A stretch of 64,000 bases of DNA from Nymphaea colorata (Eukaryota), in the NCBI RefSeq assembly GCF_008831285.2, contig NC_045138.2, positions 37,448,001 through 37,512,000 on the forward strand, written 5' to 3'. The number at the start of each line of letters is the position of its first letter. Positions within the stretch are counted from its first letter, which is position 1. This document shows, in pieces, positions 39,439-51,969 of the stretch. Under the pieces are notes generated by a model. The model ran no database searches. It worked only from the letters and a program-made list of their open reading frames with translations, and had not been told where the DNA came from. Position numbers and translations under genes: made by a program.

Positions 39439-42400
39439 ATGGAGGGAATCCGAGAAGCCTTGCTTTCTCCAGTACTCTTGTTGGCTTCCTTCCTCCTGCT
39501 CCTCGCCTTGCAATGCTCTTCACAGAACGTTGGATCCCTCCGTCCAAAGCTCCCCGATGATGAAGGTAAGGAGCTCGCTGCTTCCAATTCTCTCTCTCTC
39601 TCTTACCCCCCTTCTTTCGTTTAGTTTTCCTCTTCTTTTATTGCCTTCAGAGGTGAAACTCATCGACTGGATCGGTGGCTGTTTCTTTCTTTCCTTCCCT
39701 GCTTCCGGCGACGGCAGGACTTCTCGGTCCGCCATGAAACCTGCTACCCACCATATGAAATTGTTGAAATCATGTTCGAAACTTGGTTTGGTTGCCACCC
39801 AAACGGCCCTTTTGGATAAGAGCAAATGAAACTTTAAGCTTGTTTTCTCATCCATAGCCCAATAATTCTCGGATCACTCTTATTCCCTTTCCTGGGAAAC
39901 GGATGAAAGCGGTCATCCGCATCGGAGTTCTTGGGGAGGGAGGGAAGGCGAGGGAGAACTTCGCCAAATCATATCGTTAAGAAGATGTAAAATCTATGCC
40001 GTCCATCTAACTGATGAATCTTCACCTTGAGATCATTGGTCTATGCGGCTAATTAATGAATGCTCACGGTGGGTCAGAATCCAACTTCAGTATTCTTCTC
40101 TGCGAGCTCATCGCTGAGAATGTCAAGGTGAACAACTCCTCAATAAGAAGCTGCATATTAAATGACCCCATTACTAGAATGAGGCCGTCTGTGGGCGGAG
40201 ACCGACAATCTGCCGCAGTATATTGTTCTGCACGGGAACTTCCCTTTCTCTTTCTCTCTTTCCTCCCTTGTTTGATTAAGGGCATTTGCGTCATTTTGAG
40301 GACATGTCCACTTACACGTGAAGGGTAGTTTTGTCATTTTAATTTGGTTCCTTGGTAGACCAGCGAAAATCTTGACATCAATTTAATTCTTGTGAACATT
40401 ATGCTCATTCATTCTCAATGGAGATCCCTAATGCAGCTTGGAGACCTCAGGTTGGTGGTATAATCTCAATATATTTTCTCTATATATATATATATATATA
40501 TAATTTTTTATTAAAAATATACAATGTGGGCTGGCTAGGCTAACCCGGCCCGATGTCTACATTTATCTAAAATATGTTTTTGTAAATGACTATAATACCC
40601 CTCACACAAGCCAGTGCCAAGTGTCGACCCCAAAATGAACAGGAGGTTCGCTGCGGCCGGCCCCATTAAACTACGCCAATCGGGATTAAGAGTCACGTTG
40701 ATATGTTGGCATTTCAAAATAATTAATATTTTGGAAGAACATATCAGATTGTAGCATGTTTTGAAAATGCCATAGCCAAATCGTGACATTTTGAATTCAC
40801 GGTTGTCACGTACCAAAGAAGCAGACAAAGCTTTCAACTTAGAGGCAGTGCACACTGCAACAATAATTGGTACTTGGTATCCCAAGTAAAAATATCACCA
40901 ATATAAATTTTTGTTGATAGAAATGAAGTCATCTTCACCTGCACTGCACATTTCCTTTGCTGCAGTGGGTGAAAGTTATAACTCTTGAGAAGAGGCCCTT
41001 TCTTCCCCGGAAAAAGTATCCCCCTTTCAAACTGGGGGACAAATATCAACCACCGATGTCGACAGATCCAATTCAGTGAAAACTCTTCCTTCTCTGAAAA
41101 AAGCGGGCATAATTATCAGCCTTTTCTGTCACCGTGTTTGATGATTTGTCTTTTTTCTCTTTTTTCCAACAGTTGCTGCTCTCCGAGTGATTGGAAGCAA
41201 GCTAGGGAAAAAGGACTGGAACTTTAGCGTGGACCCGTGCTCAGGCAGTGGAGGTTGGATCTCCCCCGCTTTGGACCCCTCAGTCAATAATGTCACCTGT
41301 GACTGCTCTGATTCCAATGGCACTATCTGCCACATTGTAAGCATGTGAGTGTTGCATCGATCCGTATTGACTTTCACTTTCTGTAAACAAAAATTTGAGT
41401 ACAAATGCACCTTACTGGTTTCTGTGATTCAGAAATGCACCTGAATCTGTAATTTTAATTGAAAATTCCACATATTTTATGTGGGTAAGATGCATTTTTC
41501 CTTAAATGAACTGCAGCTGCAACTGGGTAGTTCGAGAAATCTACCTTTTGGTCTTTTCTTTTGGTTATATGTGCCAAAGTTGAGATTCGGCCAGTTTTCA
41601 AATTTTTGCTCATAACGTAGATCAGCATTTACATCATATTTTATGCTGCAACGAATTGTTCTGCTTACGTGAGAAAGAATGACAGAAGAAGAGATGTTTC
41701 CGGTGCTGCATATCTTTGAAAGTCTCATTTATAAGAGTGCTATTACTTTTCTTGTCAAAAAAGTTGGGACCTTTTCCTTTGACAAAGGCAAAGTTATTGC
41801 TTTGAGCTTTCAACTTTTAAGAATGATCGACCATCTTCCTAGTTACTTTCAAGTGAAGTTTAAATCTTTAGTTGCAAATCAATATGTGGCTTGTGGTGTT
41901 AATTTTATGTTTGAACTCTATGATCAGAATACTTAAGGCTCAAAACCTAGCAGGAACGCTGCCTGAGGAGCTTAGCAAGCTCAAATACCTACGAGGAATG
42001 TAAGTAGCTATATGGTTTTTGTTGTTTCTTGCATTTTCCTTGTTATGTAATATGCCACATAACTGCTGCTTTTAGCACGAGATGGAAAACTTTCCAGATC
42101 TCTTGGTTTGGTTTGAGATGACAGTTGACCGGGTAAGACCCGAAAAGATTTTCGTCGTACTGATCGATCCAACAGGATCTGGGTATGGCACCGGACAGAG
42201 GTCCGGTTCATATTGAGGTTGGACCTTATGGGCGTCGGCTCTGCTTAAGGAAATTTTAACTAAGGTCCACAAGATTTGGATCTAAAAAAACAATAACAGT
42301 CATCGTATGGCCCGGATCGATTTTACGTTCTTTTCGTAGGAAGCGAGACACGGACACCGCCAAGAAGACGTGGGTATGGCTTTTTTTTTCTCCTTGTGAG

Positions 42401-45400
42401 AACAACTGGATCTGGATGCAACTGCTCCGTTGCCTCTACCACCGCGACTGCATTGCGAATCTTGTAATGCGAATTACAATGATCAGAGATCCAAGAATTG
42501 CTTCGCAACCGTGCTAACTCACATTCAATGGCGTGGTTCTTCTGTTTCATTTAAAGTTGTTTAGTTTTCTCATTATCACGATGTGTTCTTTACTTAAACA
42601 GTGATCTGACGCGCAATTATATCAATGGCACCATTCCAACCAGTTGGGCTTCCTTGCCGTTGGTTGCTCTGTAAGTACCTAGTTGTTATTTGTTAAAGTC
42701 TTTGCGTCTTTCGATCATTGGGAAATGCAGAGTGTTTATGTATATGGATTGCTCATTATCATATCAAAAAATTTTCTTTAAAATCAAAATGTTTTCTGTC
42801 ATTCTTTTTTCCCCCCAGAAGATGGAACCAACAGCGAAGATTGTTACATTTTTTAACAGACGCACGCACATATACATATACATGCACACGCACACGCACT
42901 CATCACTCAGGTGTGTGTGATTGTATTGCACCATGGACCATGGTGTACTGAATTGAGCACTAACAACTCTAGACTCCATCATTATTGGCAGTTTCTGATT
43001 TTAGTTTTTACCTATTCAACTATTTTAGGAACTTGACGGCGAATCGTGTCTCTGGGAGGATCCCGAAGGAGCTTGGAAGTATGACCGCATTGGAAGTGCT
43101 GTAAGTATCAAAACATTTTTTTGGAGTTTCTCCATAAGATATATAACAGTGCAATTGTTTCTGAATAGTGGTGCTTATTATTACCGTTTCCTTTTGCTAA
43201 TCCTATAAATGTTTGAAATTGCTACTTATGCTAAAACTTGATATTATCCAAAACTTAGTATTACGTCTCTTGTCGAGCATAAACCTTGTTAGTGAGCCCA
43301 TATTGTAAGATCGGCTGCAAAATGAATGATAGGTTTCTTGTCCAACTATGTTTCAGAAGTTAAATTTGGTAATCGTAATGCCTTCTGCAGGGTTTCAATC
43401 GTAAGGCTGTCATCATCACTCCTCAGAACCTGGAGATTGAATTATTTGATCAGCTTATTTGAACGTCTAGATAATATTTTACAACCTATAGAATTTCAGA
43501 ATCTTTTGACCGTTAAATTTTCAATTTTATGTATATTTGGCATAAATGTACCCGACATTTCTAACGCAGATATACAAGTCTTGTGTTTGTGAGCACACTT
43601 AGTTAATTTAACTCTACGGATTGTGATTAAGTGTGCCTGATTTTATTTTTTTTCTTTGTCTTTTAAATAAACATTTGATCTTTATTATTACAGAATATCT
43701 TCAAACTTCTAAACGTAATGTCATCCTTTTGTCTTTTGCGTACTGTCAAATGCAGGGAGGTAGAAGCAAACCAGCTTGAAGGGCAGCTTCCTCCAGAACT
43801 GGGCAACTTAGCCAGCTTGAGAAGACTGTATATCTTTTATCCTTCTTCTCGTCTTAGTATTAATATTGGGGTCTTACTACTATGGGGACTTCTGAATACG
43901 GTCCAACTTTTAGATTGAAGGTGGACCTTAAAATTTATTTGAGTTTCACAATAGTTCATCATAAATGTGATAAATTATTATAATAAAAGAAGTTTTCCTT
44001 TGTTAAACAGGCCTGTCCTTTATCAACTCCATTTGGTTAAGAAATTCTTGACACCCATGCAGGGTTCTAAATTCAAACAAGTTCACAGGAGAGTTTCCAT
44101 CTGCATTAGCTAACTTGATGAACATGAATGCCTTGTAAGTGACTCTACACTTGCACATTTTTACCTACATGTTACCTACATCATCTTCTTTGATAGCTGT
44201 CTGTTTATCTTGGAGGTTATGCTCTCAAGGAAGCAGTTTGCTCTGAAAGCCACTGAAATTGTGTTACTGGATTATCGTGTACATTCCCATATCCTCTTTA
44301 TCTTATGCACATTGCAAAGTATATAAATATTCTCTATGGTGTAGCTATGTCAGTGGGAGCAACTTCACTGGGAAGATTCCTGATTTCATTAGCAAATGGA
44401 CTCAGCTTCAGTTCATGTAAGTATGCATTTTTTCTAATTAATATGGAAATTATTAAAATTGCAGTTCAGCTGATTATGATTCAACTTATGGTCTTAATGC
44501 TAAGTTGCTAACTAATGAGTGTTTTCATTGACATTATTCCGCTCTCAAATCCTTTGCTTTTTGTCTCTGAGTTGCTCTAACTATGTTTCATTTTCTCTCT
44601 CTTTTCTTTTTGCATTGGCGCATCTATCAGCCAAATATAGTTATCTAATTCACATCATTCAATTTATTCAGAATGATAATGGGCACAAGTATGGAAGGGC
44701 CTATACCTTCTAGCTTATCATCCTTGAAGAATCTGAAGCACCTGTAAGTGAAACTTCATAATTAGATTCTTATTGGGCTGATGATTGAACATCTAAATTT
44801 GACCCTGCAACTTTTTCGATCATAACATGATTATGAAATCCCATGCATGAGCTGGAAAAAAATCCTCTGGAATCATAAGAGACTGATGATTGTTGGAGCC
44901 AGTTCAGTTCCATTGATTCTTACGAGAGCTCATTCACACCCTTTCCAGGCTGCAAGTTTGGAAACCACCTATCTTGCCTGTCTGGTTTGTAGGTTTTGGA
45001 ATAAGTCAGCAACCTTCGGACTTACATGCCAATGGACACTTCTAGAGGTTCTATGTTTAATATATCCCATGTTGATCTATTCATTTGTCTACAATTTCCA
45101 GGATAATTAGTGACCTAAGTGGGCCGGGCTCGAGTTTCCCACCTTTGCAGAATATGAAAAGTTTGACAAGATTGTGAGCTTACTTGAAACATATCCCCGT
45201 TTTATGATCAATCTGATACCTATCTAACACCCTAATCACCCACAAAAAATTCCACATCTACAGGATACTAAGAAATTGTTCGATTTCTGGCGAAATTCCT
45301 TCATATATTGGAGGCTTACCAGGGCTGAGAATCCTGTGAGTACATGTACTTAATCTTAGACTTTGTGCCTGACTGTGGTTCATTAGCAATCATTATTTTT

Positions 45401-48400
45401 AAGTTCCGAGACATCAGACAAGTGCATGTGAAACCAATAACTTTCTGCAACTTTCTATTACAGGGACCTCTCATTCAATAACTTAACAGGACAAATTCCG
45501 CCATCTTTTTCCAGCTTTACGTCTTTAAGCCTGCAGTACATGTGAGTGATCTCTCTCTATTTAGTCTAATGCATTTGTAGATCTTTGGTACTACTATCAT
45601 TTTATTTTGAGGCTGTATACAGTTTTTGGTGCTGGTTCATTGTACATTATTTCTGTGTAGGTTCCTACGCAACAACCAACTAACTGGACCAATCCCTGAG
45701 TGGGTCTATAAAGTCAATAAAAATTTGTATGGTTCCCCGACTCTTTAACATTCTTTTTTTATGTTACCATTCCTAGACAGAGTTTCATGACGATTTTATG
45801 GGAGGAGTTTGCCATTTATAATTTATCATTCCAAATTTACCTGGTTTTGTCTGACATTTAAATGCTAGTGTTTTGACTATTATCCATCGCCTCACTTTGA
45901 TGCTGTGTGGTGGGAAAATATTATAGTTTCACTGAGTTTGCACAACCAGGTGATGATGACAGAAAAAAATTCTTGCAGGGATTTGTCAGAAAACAATTTC
46001 ACAGGAGCAACTTCATCAACAATTTGCCCACAACAAAATTTGTAAGAACAAATAATCAATGTTAAATTATTAGCTTTAAGAGAATCTACTTTTGCTTCCG
46101 TTTTTTAACTTGGTTGTCTAATCATCTTTCCAGGAACCTGGTCTCCAGCTTCTCTTCCACGGATGACAGTTCGTATGCCCTCAAACCATTTTCTTATGAT
46201 ATGACCTTTTGACATTTATATGATGAAACTCATTTCAAGAGAGCTTCCACCAATCACAGCATGCTTACATTGTTATTAAATGTATTAAATATAATAGAAC
46301 TGATAATGAAGTATTCTTTTCCATATAGAGTTCCTGCGTGCTTGAGAAAGGACTACCCCTGTTCTGACTTGGAAAAGTGTGAGTACTGTAACTAGTTAGG
46401 CAGAACAATTAGCTAGAATCTTTTGTCCTGTTGCTGCATTTTTCTGTAGCTGTGTATGTACAACAGACTGAAAAACATTACTTTGTGTTACTGGCAGACT
46501 CTTCTTTGTTCATAAATTGTGGGGGGACCCAGCTTGTTGTCAATGGAACCACATATGAAGCAGACATCGAACCAAGTGGGGAATCAACATACTACCACAG
46601 TGCAGGAGGAAATTGGGCTATGACCAGCACTGGTGTATTCATGGATACTGTTACAGCTGGCCCATTCCTAGTAGCTAACAAAAGTAGATTGTTAATGAGT
46701 AATCCAACATTATATATGACAGCACGTGTTGCTCCAATCATGTTGACATATTATGGCCTATGCATGCAGAAAGGGGACTACACTGTCCAACTTCATTTTT
46801 CTGAGATAATCTTCACCAATGACCAAACTTTTAGCAGTTTGGGGGAACGAGTTTTTGATGTGTTCATCCAGGTGACTAAATCAGTTAACTCTCAGTTAGT
46901 ACTGAATTGTTGCTGAATAACAAACTATTCTGATCTGGGCCATCTGGTTCTCTGGCAGCATGAAAAAGTATTAAAGGATTTCAATATTGCAAGAGAAAAT
47001 GGTGGAACACAAAAGGAAGTCATTAAGAGCTTCAATGCAAGTGTGACAGAAGGCACTCTCCAGATCAGTCTCTACTGGGGTGGGAAAGGGACTCTTGCAA
47101 TTCCATCTAGAGGAAACTACGGGCCCCTGATTTCAGCCATTTCAGTATACCCCAGTAAGCTAGTTTTTCTCATTAATTATTTTTCATTGTTGTATTAATA
47201 AACATGTGCATGATGAGGATAGATGCTCTACACAAGGGGAAAGATTAGTAAATACCTGTTCAAAAGAAGTGCATAGGAAAACCTAACACGAGAAATACTT
47301 GTCTTATAACATCCAGGAACTATAAAAGTGAGTATGAAAGAAACCATCATTTCATTGTATTGATAGCATTACAACATATATACTCCTATATCCTTGGGTG
47401 CTGTGAAGAGGCAGAATGATGATATGCTCAATTTTCCGTTTTCCTTAAGAAGCAGGTCGCATCAGGACAATACACGTTCTCTTATTGGAAGCATCAAGAC
47501 TTTAGCATTGCACTGCTCAATGGTCATCTGTTAAAAATAGAATCTAGTGGCACATAAATTCCATTTAAATTAATTAACTGGTTAAAATTAATTTTATGGC
47601 CATGTTCAACTGATTGAGAAACTATTTTCACTGGTCTACATAAAACCAATGCACATTTGATTTGGTCACATCATGCAGATTTCAAGCCCAAAGACTATGA
47701 TAAAGATGAGGCTCTCACGGCAATAATCATTGCAATCGTCATTGTTGTTTGCCTGATCGTCGTAGTTTTGGTCATCCTTCGGGCAAAATGCTGTCGTGGA
47801 GATGAAACAACTCTAGATAAAGGTAAAAATATCTGACTCTAACAGGAACCTTTATATTATGGAGAAAAGATTCAAGTATGGTAAGTAAATCCTTTCTGCA
47901 AGATCCAAGTGATGGCCAGGACTTACAGAAAACTTGGAAGGTTCTCACTCATATGTCATCGAAAAGATTTTGACAAGTCAATCAAGTGCTTTCAGGCTCT
48001 TTGTTTTATGCTCTAATTCCAATTATCTATTTCTTCCATTGCAGAACTTAAAGACCTGGACAAGCAAAATGGCTATTTCAGCCTTCATGAGATAAAAGAG
48101 GCTACAAAGGATTTTCATCCTGAAAACAAGATTGGGCATGGTAGTTCTGGGCCAGTTTATAAGGTACATTTTCAAATTCCTCAAGGTAATGTGTTTTCTT
48201 ATCATGTTGCAATTGTCATAGTTAGATGTTGTATTTTTAGTTTCCCATTTTCATCTAAATAATTTCTCCCTGCGACAAACTTCCTAAACTTCTGAGTTGT
48301 ATGACTGCTTTACCTACTTTGTCACTGAACACCTCATGGGAATAAGAATCAACAAAATTTGTGCAGGAGCAGCCACATGATTAAGAATAAGCAAAGTGGT

Positions 48401-49551
48401 ATGGACATTGGATCAACTTTATTCCTCATTATCCATGATCTCTGCCACAGCATAGCATATCTTTCTTGGCTGCATAGTGTGACTAGATACATTCTTATAA
48501 AAGACTGGGAATAGATGCATTCTTATCATCCTTTGCTTGGCTAGGTGTCATGGATTTTGTCTGGGTCAGTGTCTTTATGTTTTTTCCTCATATTTGAATG
48601 CTGTATGATATCTGATATCAGGGAATTATGCGGGATGGGACACAGATTGCTGTTAAGCAGCTCTCATCCATATCAAGACAAGGAAATCGAGAATTCTTGA
48701 ATGAGATAGGAATGGTATCAGCTCTGCAGCACCCAAATCTTGTGAAGCTTTTTGGTTATTGCATTCAAGGAAATGAGTTGATGCTAATCTATGAATACAT
48801 GGAAAACAACTCGCTTTCACGTGCTCTGTTTGGTAAGCTTTTGACAACTAATCATAATCATCTCAAGCCCAGACATATAACTCTATCTGTGTGAATGATT
48901 AACTAGAAGCACCATCTTTATCACGATCTCCTCGTTTATGTCCATGAGTATTCAAGACTTCAGGTTGGATATAAACTGAATCGGAGTTCATTTGATAATA
49001 TTTGGTAACAAAACTGGAATCCGTTTAGCAATTGGACTTGGGCTCACTACGGCTTTTACATCTGAACTTGATGCAGAATCAAGGACACGTTTGAATAAAA
49101 TTTCATGTAGAAGTTCCCTTCTGACGCTAATCGGATCTGGATTTTGTTTTAAAATTCCACAGAAATCTGATTTCAATTCAGACTGTTTACATCCCTATAT
49201 ATGTTTCCTTTCTCATCTTACTTCGAGGATTCAAGAGCATGTTGAATGGTTAATAATACAGAATGCATGGTAACTGTAGGTTCATCGGAGCATCGGTCGA
49301 AACTGGACTGGCCGACTAGGTGTAAAATTTGCATCGGGGTTGCAAAGGGCCTGGCATATCTTCATGAAGAGTCCCCATTGAAGGTCATCCATAGAGATAT
49401 CAAGGCGATGAATATACTTCTAGACAAGGATCTAAATGCAAAAATTTCCGACTTCGGTCTAGCAAAACTCGATGAAGGGGACAAGTCACATATTAGTACT
49501 CACATAGTAGGGACCACGTAAGTTTATCTCTCTCTCTCTCTCTCAGGTGTG

Positions 49552-49602
<51 letters not shown>

Positions 49603-49677
49603 CATGTATGTATGTATATAATGCTGTTCCATTCTTAGACCACGTAAGTTTATCTCTCTCTCTCTCTCTCAGGTGTG

Positions 49678-49720
<43 letters not shown>

Positions 49721-51969
49721 CATGTATGTATGTATATAATGCTGTTCCATTCTTAGACCATATTTCAACACCATCCCAACAAACTAGTTCACATCACCCT
49801 TTGTTTTCTTAATATGATATGATTGATTTCCACCAAGAGTAGAAAGTCATACAAATCGAGGTAGCAAATAAGTTTCCATAAATTTGTATGTCATTTTCTT
49901 TTTAATACATCAGAAACATATTTTTGTTGATCATGAAACTCCTAAATAAAGCATTATTGATGCAGAGAAAAACTCACTGATATAATGGTTCCTGACAGTA
50001 TTGAGGGCATGACCATGACGTCACTTTAAGTTCTGCTGCTGAATATTGTTGCAATGAAAAAAGGTGTCGTTAAGAGGTGTGGTTATTGATTTTAGAAATT
50101 AATGATGAATAACAGGGGATACATTGCTCCAGAGTATGCAATTAAGGGACAGTTATCATACAAGGCAGATGTTTTCAGCTACGGAGTGGTTGTACTGGAG
50201 GTTGTGAGCGGAGAGAGCAACACATATGCCTCGCCAAGGGAGGAATTTCCCTTCCTTTTGGACTGGGTATGTCTTTCACTATTTCCTTCAGCAATTTTCT
50301 CTTTGATTATTTCTTTGCTTTCAGCTTTTTTCTCCCTTTTTTTATCGTTTTTATGAGTGTTTTTAATTATTTGGGTGAAAATGGGGTTATCGAAGTTCGG
50401 ATTTGTATAATTTGAATAATTGAAATTGTATCTGATCAATTCTAATTGGTTACAGCAAGAAAAAAAACACAAACAAATGTCAAAACCATATCTTAAAATC
50501 TTTCATAACCTTCCTGGCCTGATAATTTCTGTTAGCCCACAAAAAAAAAAGTCATTTAGAAACACAAGTCCTCGTGTATCTTCAAAATGGAAAAAAAATC
50601 CATATTGACAGTTTGTTTTTATGCGTAGTATTGAAATGTTAAGTCGGGGCCCTGTGTTTGAACATTGCGGGTCTCATCTCCAGTTAAAGAATTAATTAAG
50701 CTGATTGTGTTCCTTCCTTTTTCATAAGAGCGAACTGATGCTTTTTCATCATATTTAATTTCACAAAAAAAGGGTAACTTTTAAACCTTACCTAGTTGAC
50801 ATACAAATTGAAAGTACAAAATATTACTCACAAGCATTCTAGGGTTTAAAATCAGGCTTTTACTTAGGCAGTAGCCACTTAAGTTTGGGAGCATCGAAAA
50901 ATTTAGATATACACTTTTTTTTTTGAATTATAGCAAAAAATGGGCCCGCCCAATGAAGTTTTTCTTAGAGAAGAATGGGTTTTTAAAAATCACAGAAAAC
51001 TCATTAAGGAATCACCAAACCGTGCTAAGGTTTGAATTTGGTACGTTTAACTGCCTACACTAATACAAAAGACAAGTAAATGAAAGAAGATGAAACTCAT
51101 TTAACTGTGCTTGACTACACCATCAACAGTGGAGGACTTTCTTGTAAAATTTTCAGTGAGTTTTCTTGATTACCTCAACATTGCTCTCTCTGAGATCATG
51201 TTTGATTGCCTAAACTTCTTTTATTCTATATAAACCTTATTTTCACCGTTCCAAAAGCAACCAAACAAGTCTACAACCTCTTTCACTCTTGTTCATTTTT
51301 ATTGCTTGAAATCATTTGAAGAAATCTGGAAGAGAGGTCTGTCTTTGTTCGCTCAGTTTCTGAATACAAGTAAATCTTAGTGAATAGACACTCAAGAAAG
51401 CACTAGCCATGCAATCAAACTTGCTGTATGGAAGAAAGTAGAAAGTGTCCTTTACGTCCAGTTTTCAAAAACGAAGTTGTTACAGAAGAAAAATCATTCT
51501 GCAAAGATCTTGACATGCAAACGAACATGTGCAAGAAAATATCCCAGTAACGGATGCAACATGAACACTGCAGGCTTATGATTTACAAGAGAAGAGGTGT
51601 CTCCTGGAACTGGCGGACCCATGCTTAGGGCCAGATTTCTCAGAGGCAGAGGCATTGAAAATGCTCAACATAGCTCTTCTTTGCACCAACAGCAATCCCT
51701 CACTCAGGCCAACAATGTCTTCTGTTGTTGATATGCTCGAAGGCCGAACTGCAGTTTGCGAAACTCCTGACCCGAGTAGCTCCTCCTCAAATGGAGCCGT
51801 ACTTGGCCGTGTTTGGCGTTCCGGTGGTCTCTCACAAGATGAAATAACTCAGGATGGGTTTGCAGCTGAAACCCTGCAAGTTAGTGAGTGGAGAACGTGG
51901 CCACACTCAAATTCAGTTTGCACCACAGAGGAACAGAGTGTTCTGTCACAAAGGCCTCTAACCATGTGA
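39439..51969 (+). CDS. Gene D: LRR-malectin receptor-like kinase, complete, 24 exons, about 1022 aa
   Basis: Exons: 39439-39565 ([10 protein letters not shown]...), 41173-41344, 41928-41999, 42602-42670, 43029-43100, 43756-43827, 44063-44134, 44345-44416, 44672-44743, 45102-45173, 45264-45335, 45464-45541, 45661-45726, 45979-46041, 46134-46172, 46329-46378, 46498-46871, 46959-47154, 47679-47822 (TM), 48045-48163, 48622-48832, 49280-49517, 50116-50266, 51574-51969. Total 3069 nt, in frame, all introns GT-AG. Confidence 0.95.
40503..40687 (-). mobile_element. Candidate tRNA-derived SINE in intron 1 of gene D
   Basis: Minus strand reads TGGCGTAGTTTAATGG (box A-like, from 40678), then GGGTCGACAC (degenerate box B, 40630-40621), then a body ending in an A-rich tail next to a (TA)n run. 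Confidence 0.45.
48964..49197. mobile_element. hAT-like MITE remnant in intron 21 of gene D
   Basis: Right terminus GTTTACATCCCTA (reverse complement TAGGGATGTAAAC), a degenerate left end TTGGATATAAAC, and internal ATCCG/CGGAT/ATCTG motifs. Similar motif-rich patches occur at about 17590-17940, 21490-21630, 37910-37980 and 42090-42300. Confidence 0.45.
49512..49760 (+). repeat. Tandem duplication (about 126 + 118 bp) spanning the exon 22 donor of gene D and a (TC)n(TG)n(AT)n compound microsatellite
   Basis: Two near-identical copies beginning GACCACGTAAGTTTATCTCTC at 49512 and 49638, differing in AT-run length. GACCA recurs at 49756. Confidence 0.9.

Noticed and set aside
49547..49643. Cryptic exon between the (TC)n-AG and the duplicated donor in gene D
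   Set aside because: The upstream intron would be only about 29 nt, too short to splice.
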